A stretch of 64,000 nucleotides of DNA from an uncultured Flavobacteriaceae bacterium (GTDB lineage Bacteria; Bacteroidota; Bacteroidia; Flavobacteriales; Flavobacteriaceae), in assembly GCA_963752165.1 (NCBI GenBank), contig CAVVXE010000004.1, positions 5,437 through 69,436 on the forward strand, read 5' to 3'. The first letter of the stretch is position 1. Every line of letters begins with the position of its first letter. This document shows positions 40,294 through 47,318 of the stretch, piece by piece. The notes beneath the pieces are model-generated. The model was not told the DNA's origin. It saw nothing but the letters and a program-made list of their open reading frames with translations, and did not search any database. The translations under genes and the position numbers were made by a program.

Positions 40294-42303
40294 TTACTCT
40301 TCAATGAGTTCGTCTATAAACTGCATCATTGCAGAAAAAAGATAAATACCCTCTAGAGGACTTTGGCCATCTCCCGTATGTCCTGCACTGGAAGCTTCTA
40401 TATACCATAAGTCACCTCCGTTTTCTTCGATTGTCTTAACAATTTTTCTCGCCGATTCAACTGACACTCTTGCATCTCTTGCACCTTGATACATGAATAA
40501 GGGTTTGGTTATATATTGCGCATTTGTAACAGGAGAAACTTGTCTGATGGCGGCATTTATTTCCGGGTTAGTCCTCTCGCCAATTTCAGCTTCATCCCAT
40601 CCAACAAGCAGTCCAGCTTCCCTTTGGGCGTCAGGATCTAACGTAGCTCCATTTATACTAATTCCTCCTAGAAATAAATCAGGATATTTAGCCAATGATG
40701 CCATGGTCATAAATCCTCCCCAGGAAACTCCCCCTACTACTATTTTTTCAGGGTCAAGGTCTTTCTGGGTTTTTATCCAACTGACAAGGGCTTTTACATC
40801 TTCAATTTGTTTGCCTCTTTTATTTTGGTCATCCGACTTTTCAAACGAAACCCCATATCCTGTAGATCCCCTGTAATTGGGCGTAATTACAGCATATTTG
40901 TTTTGTGTCATCTGAGCTGCCAGCGTGCTATAGGGTTCATCATAGGCATCCGGTCCTCCATGAAACATGACCAGTACAGGGTATTTTTTGCCTGAAGTTT
41001 GTTTTGGCTTATAGATATATGAGTGAATGCCTTCCATCACCCCAATAATGGAGTCTGTGGTCGGATACGTAAATTCTTCAAAAGTAATTTCAGGATTAGT
41101 TGGAGCCGAAGGATCAGGATCAATTACTTTGAAAGAAGCACTTTCAATATCCAACAAGCACATTTCGGTACTATTTAATGAGTACTTTGAGAAGTAGACT
41201 TTATTCTTCTTCGGGTGAACAAGGAAGGGGTAAATGTCATATGTTACCTGTACCGGGTTTTTATTATCATCATACAGGGTGATATTCTTTTTTTCAATTC
41301 GGTCATAGGCGAGTAGTTTACCATACCCTTTGTTCAAATAATAATATACAAGGTACCGCTGATCAGCAGTTAGTGCTATATGGCCAATATCTCCTTCAAG
41401 CTCAGGAGACCGTTGGGTCAGCATTTTTGTATTTTTATTATACTCCCAGATTACTGAAAATTCATTGGAAAGACCAGTCGTGCCTGTACGCACATAGTAG
41501 GCAATAGAATCACTTTTGGTATTTAGAAAACGCTGATGCCGTGAATACCAGGTAAATTGAGTTCCATGAAAATATTTTGATTGGCCTTCCTCTTCAAATT
41601 CCAGTTCAGCAACACCGGTTTCAAGGTTTACGCGATATAGCTTTCCATCCTGTTCGCTAAACGATTGCAGTATATAGGCATATTCCATTTTAGGGTCAAA
41701 TCCCTGCACCTCAACCAGCCCCTGGAATGTACACAGTGCGCTGGGAGCACTGTCATTTTCTAATGACATTTTGTATAAGGTGTTTATTGATGTTTGATGG
41801 TCTTCATTATAGACCAGTAAGATTGAATTATCGGGTGAAATGCCAAAACCGGAAACTGATGAATTACCAACAAATATCGTATCGGTTTTCCCTGTTTGAA
41901 GATTGAGTCTCAATAAGTCTCTATCCTCTTCAGCATTTTTTACATTTAAATAAAGAAATGCCCCGTCATTCATTCTTCGGACCGAACTGCCGTAAGCGGG
42001 ATAGGGAAGTATGCCCGGAAAGGGGGAAATTGAGTCTGTTTCTGAATCTGCAACGAAGGAGCCATTAGGCTTTCTGAACAGCAAATTCTGATTATTGTCG
42101 AAACCCACCATTATTGAATAATTAGGCGCGGCAGAAAAAGATAAGATAGATATTGCACTGCCTATTCCAATTTTTGGAACATTTTTCGTTGTCAATGATC
42201 CAGGCTTGGGTACACCGATAATTAGAAGTACAATTACAACTAATCCTATCAATCCAATGATTGATAGAAAAATCCACTTTATAACCCTTAGGAGTTTTTT
42301 CAT
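40294..42303 (-). CDS. S9-family prolyl oligopeptidase / dipeptidyl aminopeptidase-like serine peptidase
   Basis: Start preferred at MKKLLRVIKW (42303). A beta-propeller-like N-terminal half is followed by an alpha/beta hydrolase half with VGGVSWGGFMT (GxSxG) and C-terminal SAGHTG. Confidence 0.8.
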   Translation of the reverse strand: MKKLLRVIKWIFLSIIGLIGLVVIVLLIIGVPKPGSLTTKNVPKIGIGSAISILSFSAAPNYSIMVGFDNNQNLLFRKPNGSFVADSETDSISPFPGILPYPAYGSSVRRMNDGAFLYLNVKNAEEDRDLLRLNLQTGKTDTIFVGNSSVSGFGISPDNSILLVYNEDHQTSINTLYKMSLENDSAPSALCTFQGLVEVQGFDPKMEYAYILQSFSEQDGKLYRVNLETGVAELEFEEEGQSKYFHGTQFTWYSRHQRFLNTKSDSIAYYVRTGTTGLSNEFSVIWEYNKNTKMLTQRSPELEGDIGHIALTADQRYLVYYYLNKGYGKLLAYDRIEKKNITLYDDNKNPVQVTYDIYPFLVHPKKNKVYFSKYSLNSTEMCLLDIESASFKVIDPDPSAPTNPEITFEEFTYPTTDSIIGVMEGIHSYIYKPKQTSGKKYPVLVMFHGGPDAYDEPYSTLAAQMTQNKYAVITPNYRGSTGYGVSFEKSDDQNKRGKQIEDVKALVSWIKTQKDLDPEKIVVGGVSWGGFMTMASLAKYPDLFLGGISINGATLDPDAQREAGLLVGWDEAEIGERTNPEINAAIRQVSPVTNAQYITKPLFMYQGARDARVSVESARKIVKTIEENGGDLWYIEASSAGHTGDGQSPLEGIYLFSAMMQFIDELIEE

Positions 42304-42329
42304 AATAAGACATCTGTTACCAATTGTAA

Positions 42330-42486
42330 ACAACGGTCCCGGCTATGATTATGCTTTGATTGTAGCGAGCCTGCCTACCTTTTGCAGGTCCTGGCCTTTC
42401 CACCATTTTTCCGCTTCCAGTTTTATTTAAAAATAGGAAATTTTGAATTAGGTGAAGGGCAGCGCTACATGATAGGCGTTGTTGAA
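42330..42486 (-). repeat. mosaic intergenic repeat, near-twin of 46422-46575
   Basis: acaacggtcccggc...gcctgcctaccttttgcaggtcctggcctttccaccatttttccgcttccagttttatttaaaaataggaaattttgaattaggtgaagggcagcgctacatgataggcgttgttgaa. Confidence 0.8.
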
Positions 42487-42494
42487 CGCAGGTT

Positions 42495-42617
42495 GTTAAT
42501 TCAGTGTTAGTTTCTTTTTCTTTCCGATAAATACATACAGAAGTGAGCCTAAAATCGGAAGAAGTATAACTGCCAAACAAAAAGTCCCAATGAAAAATCT
42601 GTAATTACTTTATCCAT
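42495..42617 (-). pseudogene. tiny PLDc_N-like membrane ORF, apparently frameshifted
   Basis: MDKVITDFSLGLFVW... in one frame is followed by AVILLPILGSLLYVFIGKKKKLTLN in the next. LPILGSLLYVFIGKK is the motif of PLD-nuclease-N-terminal small proteins. T5 runs lie nearby. Confidence 0.3.
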
Positions 42618-42655
42618 AATAGTTGGTTCAATAAATTTTATTAAGTTTAATTTCG

Positions 42656-43927
42656 TTATTCCTGTGTGGATAAAAGTCCTAAACGTTCTCCCATCAATAG
42701 GTGTTTGTATGAATTCCCATCATCTTCCTTTGGAGCGTCTAACGTAAACGTAACCCCATCCTGAAAGATCATTATAAAATCTGATCCACCAAATGCAAAA
42801 TGGCCAAGCATATCGCCTTTTTTTACTTTTGTGCCTAATGTAACGTTTTTTTCAAAGTTGACCGAGCCAACTACTGCCATTCCTATTGGCATTAGAGCAA
42901 CCAATCCAAATTCATCGGTTTCCAAAATTACACATCCTCTTGTCTCAACAGACTGCCATCCGGTTTTGGCTGATGGGTTAAATGCATACCGGTTGTTCTC
43001 CTGGTCCCACCATAGTTGGCCACCCGTAGGATTGATGCCTTGAATTATCCTGGCTTCTTTTATAGTTCCGCTTAGCGGAAAGTGGTACCTGTGATAGTCG
43101 TTTACATTTAAAAAGGAATGGGTAAATGTACCGTTGGCAAATGCGTCTTTGTACGGACTGTCCTCACCAATAAGTTTTGAGATGGATTTTAGCGTAGCCG
43201 ACTTTACCGGCACTCCGTCTTTTTCCATCAGGTTGGAGTTATCGTCTATTTTCCAAACACCCATAGGTTGTGAATCGGCATATGAAACTACTACCGCGTC
43301 CAGGTCAGGACTTGCAATGGGGCGCATGTCTGGAGATTTTAAATATCTGGCAAAGAACTGATTAAAGCTTTTCCAGTTAGAAGGATCTTCATACCAGCCA
43401 TTTTGCAATCCAAAAGCAGGATCGTTTAACGCCATTTGGTAATATTCTTCATTCCATGAATCTACTGTGTCGAGAAAAGCACCCCATGATTTGTTAAAGC
43501 TTATAAGCCATTTTGCAAATGGTTCATAATACTGCAAAGAATTATTCACCAATCCTTTTCCTTCAAGTTCTGGCAATGGTTGATCAATTAGGAAATAAAA
43601 CGCACAAAACCCTTGAAATATATGATCAAATATTTCCGGATATTCTCCCTTTTTAACAACTGCCCATGGCATGGTTGCTTCGGTCCAAGTTATAAACTCA
43701 TAATACTCCTCAAGGGTTTGAGCAGGATTCATATTACTGTTTGAATTGATTTGCTTTGCTTTGTCTAAAGAAGACTGCAGCATTGATTTTAGTTCTGGGT
43801 TACTTTCCACCAAGGCAATTAATTCTTTTGTAGCTTCACCGTATTTAACTTCTTTTTTGGTAGTATCACAGGAAACTATACTGAAAACTATTAAGAATAT
43901 GAGTATAAGGTTCTGAATGTGTTTCAT
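42656..43927 (-). CDS. phosphatidylserine-decarboxylase-family (pyruvoyl-type) protein with lipoprotein signal
   Basis: 423 aa with a lipobox FSIVSCD and C-terminal GDMLGHFAFGGSDFIMIF, which resembles the self-cleaving G-S motif region of PSD-like proenzymes. Confidence 0.65.
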   Translation of the reverse strand: MKHIQNLILIFLIVFSIVSCDTTKKEVKYGEATKELIALVESNPELKSMLQSSLDKAKQINSNSNMNPAQTLEEYYEFITWTEATMPWAVVKKGEYPEIFDHIFQGFCAFYFLIDQPLPELEGKGLVNNSLQYYEPFAKWLISFNKSWGAFLDTVDSWNEEYYQMALNDPAFGLQNGWYEDPSNWKSFNQFFARYLKSPDMRPIASPDLDAVVVSYADSQPMGVWKIDDNSNLMEKDGVPVKSATLKSISKLIGEDSPYKDAFANGTFTHSFLNVNDYHRYHFPLSGTIKEARIIQGINPTGGQLWWDQENNRYAFNPSAKTGWQSVETRGCVILETDEFGLVALMPIGMAVVGSVNFEKNVTLGTKVKKGDMLGHFAFGGSDFIMIFQDGVTFTLDAPKEDDGNSYKHLLMGERLGLLSTQE

Positions 43928-43960
43928 TTATGAATATTTTTTTATTTTATTTAATGAATG

Positions 43961-44172
43961 TCAACGGTCCTGACTATGTTTCTCGCCAGAGGCGGGCAAG
44001 GCGGCGAAGGTTAGGGGCGAAGCTAGTGCAGGATCTAACGGTCTTGTTGTTCGAAATTCGCGCTGTCAAAGCGATCCTTGACCTTTCAACCATTGAAGCC
44101 AAGTATAGTTTTATTTAAAAATAGGAATTTTTGAATTAGTTGGAAGGAAGCGTTGAATTTTAGCCGTTGTTG
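43961..44172 (-). repeat. long composite intergenic repeat (~210 nt, four modules)
   Basis: tcaacggtcctgac...cgccagaggcgggcaagg...gttaggggcgaagctagtgcaggatctaac...gcgctgtcaaagcgatccttgacctttcaaccattgaagcc...ttttatttaaaaataggaatttttgaattagttggaaggaagcgttgaattt. It extends into the last codons of ORF 44160..44576. Confidence 0.8.
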
Positions 44173-44576
44173 GCATTAGTATTTGATTTTAGAATTTCCT
44201 GTATTTGATCAATATGATCAGTTCTTAGATTCGTTAATTTGAAATGAAATATTGATCCATCCTTTCGAAATATTTCTAAACGTTCATTCTTAATAACAAA
44301 TGAAGCTATTTTATTAAATGAGATGGTTTTTGATACCAGTGAATTAAGCTTTATGGTTATTCCTTTTTTATTCCAACCTATATAATTCCTAAAAAAGAAT
44401 TGCTTTCCGATAAAAATAATGGATAATCCAAAACCTATAATTCCGGAGACCGCCTGAAGAGTAGCATCTCGGTTATTGAAAGATGCGTAAATGTAAATAA
44501 TCAGGAATATAACCATTGGAATAGCCAAGACCTTATTTTTACGACTATCCAGTTTATCAAAGTATACTCTTTTCAT
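44160..44576 (-). CDS. hypothetical membrane protein (two TM helices plus small soluble domain)
   Basis: 138-aa ORF, 1 nt from the upstream 60-aa ORF. Its last codons (..ANNG stop) lie inside the intergenic repeat. Confidence 0.5.
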   Translation of the reverse strand: MKRVYFDKLDSRKNKVLAIPMVIFLIIYIYASFNNRDATLQAVSGIIGFGLSIIFIGKQFFFRNYIGWNKKGITIKLNSLVSKTISFNKIASFVIKNERLEIFRKDGSIFHFKLTNLRTDHIDQIQEILKSNTNANNG

Positions 44577-44577
44577 T

Positions 44578-44760
44578 TCATATTATTAATTTAATTAATC
44601 TGTAAATATAGAAAATGCCAATCAAGGACATTATTCCGCAAACCCAGTATTCAGCTTTCGAATAGTAATTTATCCCTCCAATTATTCCGAAAGCAATCCA
44701 TAAGAGGTTTGCTACAATTTCACCATTGTGCGATGTGTTCTTCTTATCTTGTTCAGTCAT
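44578..44760 (-). CDS. small two-TM membrane protein
   Basis: 60-aa ORF forming a two-gene unit with 44160..44576. Confidence 0.4.
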   Translation of the reverse strand: MTEQDKKNTSHNGEIVANLLWIAFGIIGGINYYSKAEYWVCGIMSLIGIFYIYRLIKLII

Positions 44761-44767
44761 ATTATTA

Positions 44768-44875
44768 CCAACGGTCCTGGCTGTTTCGCTTGGAGGACAG
44801 TTCCTTGTTTTATTTAAAAATAGGAATATTTGAATTAGTTGGAAGGAAGCGTTGAATTATAAGCGTTGTTGCATT
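44768..44875 (-). repeat. intergenic repeat member (~105 nt)
   Basis: ccaacggtcctggc...gttttatttaaaaataggaatatttgaattagttggaaggaagcgttgaattataagcgttgttgc. Confidence 0.8.
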
Positions 44876-44881
44876 AATTTC

Positions 44882-46072
44882 TTATCTCTTTTCCATATAA
44901 CTTTTTACCAAATCCATTAAAGCCCTTCCGTGAACATTTTTAGCCATAACCACGCCTTTATCATCAAGAATGAAGTTGGCCGGAATGGTCCGAACACGGA
45001 TTTTTTTTAAGAAAGGTGCATCATCTCCTTGCAAATCTGATGCTTGTAACCAGCGATTTGCCCCATCGCGCTCTACAGCTGCTCTCCAGGCAGACTCATC
45101 ACTTTCCAGACCATAAGCAACAATTTGTAAACCCTGGTCATGATATTCATCCCAAATAGGGACTAAAACCTCGCGGTTTTCCTTTCGGCAAGGAGCACAC
45201 CAGGATGCCCACAAGTCTATGATAGTGAGCTTGCTGCCTAATTGGTCTTTAAGAGAAAGTGTATCCTTTGTTAGCATGGGAAACGTGAGATTTGGAAATT
45301 CATCTCCTACTAAAACAGGTAAATTAGCGGGATCACTTTCTTTACAAAGCTGTTTTACCCATGGATGATCTGGTTGTTTTTCCGTCCATTTATTGCATTG
45401 ACTCACCAAAAATTCAGGCACACGCTCATAATAATTCTCCGGACTTACCCATCGTAATGCCACCAATGCCGGCATAAGGTAGGGTGTGCTATTTGCAAAC
45501 TTTATCAGCTCGGTCTGATATTGTAAGATAGCCTGTTCCTTTTCCATCAATTCACTGCCATCTTCTAATTCCCAATGCTTTCCTGCAAGATAGGTTTGGT
45601 ACGCTTTCTCCCTGATATCCCTTAGGTCTAACAAAGCATTATTAATTTCTGAAGGGTGTTCAATTGAAAAACTTTTTTGAAATTCATTCCATTTAGCAGT
45701 GATTTGAAGAGGCTCTCCTGATTGCCATAGAATTGGCATAAAGTTAGACATCATTGGATTATCCGTTTGTAAATAATTAGGAGCCTTTCCGGATAGCTGT
45801 ATGGCTACTTCCAGCAATACAGGTTCTTTAGTTTTTGGCAAGTTGTTGAACTCAAAGCTACCATCAGAATTTACTACAGCAGAATCTATGACTTTTCCAA
45901 AATATGAAGCAGCTACCTCCCGTAAGGTTTCAGGTTCAATTAGATACATCTTTATGTCTTCCTTTTCTGTACCTTCTATTCTTCCTGCTATATCGGCAGG
46001 AGAATGACAAGCTATTTGAGTTAGGGCCATGAAGATAAGACCGGTAATATTTTTTAAAGGAGTAGTTCTCAT
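44882..46072 (-). CDS. TlpA-family thiol-disulfide oxidoreductase with N-terminal extension
   Basis: Thioredoxin-fold motif LTIIDLWASWCAPCRKE in the C-terminal third of a 396-aa exported protein. Confidence 0.8.
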   Translation of the reverse strand: MRTTPLKNITGLIFMALTQIACHSPADIAGRIEGTEKEDIKMYLIEPETLREVAASYFGKVIDSAVVNSDGSFEFNNLPKTKEPVLLEVAIQLSGKAPNYLQTDNPMMSNFMPILWQSGEPLQITAKWNEFQKSFSIEHPSEINNALLDLRDIREKAYQTYLAGKHWELEDGSELMEKEQAILQYQTELIKFANSTPYLMPALVALRWVSPENYYERVPEFLVSQCNKWTEKQPDHPWVKQLCKESDPANLPVLVGDEFPNLTFPMLTKDTLSLKDQLGSKLTIIDLWASWCAPCRKENREVLVPIWDEYHDQGLQIVAYGLESDESAWRAAVERDGANRWLQASDLQGDDAPFLKKIRVRTIPANFILDDKGVVMAKNVHGRALMDLVKSYMEKR

Positions 46073-46087
46073 TTTGTCAAATTAATG

Positions 46088-46152
46088 CCAACGGTCCTGG
46101 CAATGATTCCCGCCAGAGGCGAGGAAGGCAGCGATGAATTATAGGCGTTGAT
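46088..46152 (-). repeat. short (65 nt) member of the intergenic repeat family
   Basis: ccaacggtcctggcaatgattcccgccagaggcgaggaaggcagcgatgaattataggcgttgat. It has terminal CAACG/CGTTG inverted ends and an inner CCCGCC-aga-GGCG(A)GG stem. Confidence 0.75.
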
Positions 46153-46205
46153 AGTATATGTTTTTGATTTATTGAAAATCGAGTGGTTTTAATGATTCCT
46201 TGAAC

Positions 46206-46403
46206 TTACTCTTTTAGTTGCTTTTCAGATTTTCTTTTGATTTCCTGACGAATAAAACTACCCAAACTTATAAAGGATATCACTAGAAGAAAACCGTACT
46301 CTTTCAATGGATTATCTGGCCATAAATCGATTAGAGTAACAATTAGGGCGACTGAATTTACGATAATTAATATCCAAAGTAATAGTTTAACGATACGATT
46401 CAT
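46206..46403 (-). CDS. small two-TM membrane protein
   Basis: 65-aa ORF with two hydrophobic helices, flanked on both sides by the repeat family. Confidence 0.4.
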   Translation of the reverse strand: MNRIVKLLLWILIIVNSVALIVTLIDLWPDNPLKEYGFLLVISFISLGSFIRQEIKRKSEKQLKE

Positions 46404-46421
46404 TTTTCTTTTTTAAATATA

Positions 46422-46575
46422 CCCTAACGGTCCTGGCTCTGATTATAGCAAGCCTGCCTACCTTTTGCAGGTCCTGGCCTTTCCACCATTTTTCCGCTTC
46501 CAGTTTTATTTAAAAATAGGAAATTTCAGGGTAGTTCTAAAGTAGTTATGAATTAAAGTCGTTGTTGCGCTTTCG
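46422..46575 (-). repeat. mosaic intergenic repeat (GGACCGTT end + 75-nt module + TTTAAATAAAAC module)
   Basis: The + strand reads accctaacggtcctggc...agcctgcctaccttttgcaggtcctggcctttccaccatttttccgcttccagttttatttaaaaataggaaattt... The 75-nt core is identical to 42369-42443. Confidence 0.8.
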
Positions 46576-46786
46576 TTATTTTTGATTAATTAAAATTTTC
46601 AATTCTTTTTCCATCTCGTTCACAATGACTTCTGATTTCTTAATCAAGTCCTGTAAGCTGTTAATATTCCAATTTCTATTGGAAATGATTTCGGCGTTAA
46701 TACTTTTAAACGTATCATCCTTAATCAGCTCATTATAATTGAAAGGTGTTGTTACTTCATTATATCCAGAAATGCTATCATTTTAA
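46576..46786 (-). pseudogene. 3' fragment (about 70 codons) of a DUF6090-type gene
   Basis: 46505-46786 aligns by eye (~9 in 10 bases) with 36160-36450, the 3' end of paralog 4 plus its downstream repeat. Homology stops abruptly at ~46786. Confidence 0.7.
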
Positions 46787-46789
46787 ATC

Positions 46790-46963
46790 TTTAGATATAA
46801 GTGGACCACTAGAGGCTAACTAAATAAGCAGATAGCAGAACAACTTCATATCTCTACATTAACCGTTAAGAAACATCTGTCCAATAGCTACAATAAACCC
46901 GAGGTCCGTAATCGTACCTCCATGCTAAATAAAATTCTAAATCAGAATAAATTTACTTTATAA
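46790..46963 (+). pseudogene. remnant of a LuxR-type HTH (response-regulator C-terminal) gene
   Basis: The frame ending at TAA 46961-46963 reads G*LNKQIAEQLHISTLTVKKHLSNSYNKPEVRNRTSMLNKIL. This is the LuxR HTH signature with an in-frame stop and no upstream receiver domain. Confidence 0.55.
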
Positions 46964-47049
46964 TACACCCTTAATACTCCTTTAGTAGTACCGCTCTTTT
47001 TAATTATCCCGTTATCTTTATCAATTATTTAACCAACTGATTTACAGTG

Positions 47050-47292
47050 ATGAATATAACATCCAAAACGGGGTCTATCTATCAAATTAGATTGAATGGG
47101 GAAATCAATACCGCACTCATAAATTTGATTGACAACATGCAGGTAACACAGGAAGCTGATAAAAAAGTCATAAAACTTGTAGGTTGGCTACCAGACCAAT
47201 CTTCATTACTAGGCTTATTAATTAGTTTGAATGAAATTCGTTATGAAATTCTATCAATAGAAATTTTTTCAACTAATGAAGTAACCATATAA
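47050..47292 (+). CDS. small hypothetical protein
   Basis: 80-aa AT-rich ORF immediately upstream of the D-aminoacylase-like gene; no recognised family. Confidence 0.35.
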   Translation: MNITSKTGSIYQIRLNGEINTALINLIDNMQVTQEADKKVIKLVGWLPDQSSLLGLLISLNEIRYEILSIEIFSTNEVTI

Positions 47293-47318
47293 ACAATTAA
47301 ATACTACTCAATAAAAAC

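Noticed and set aside
43961-46152. Reading GGGAAT...CCGTT in the gene-proximal repeat end as an ECF-sigma promoter (GGAAC-N16-17-CGT type)
   Set aside because: The spacing between the GGAAT and CGTT elements is only about 12 nt, and the upstream half is not conserved in all copies. I also could not find a convincing Bacteroidota TAnnTTTG -7 box in the conserved modules.
33727-46790. Could the regularly spaced intergenic repeats be a CRISPR array?
   Set aside because: The 'spacers' are 0.2-2 kb protein-coding genes. The repeats are 64-210 nt, mosaic and non-identical, and there are no cas genes. This is not CRISPR.
33727-46790. Calling the array a bona fide integron
   Set aside because: No intI-like tyrosine recombinase or attI is visible in 64 kb. 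The strict RYYYAAC/GTTRRRY consensus is only partly met, and my hand-folding gives convincing long hairpins for only some units (40221-40284, 38608-38685). I keep it as a hypothesis alongside a REP/BIME-like explanation.
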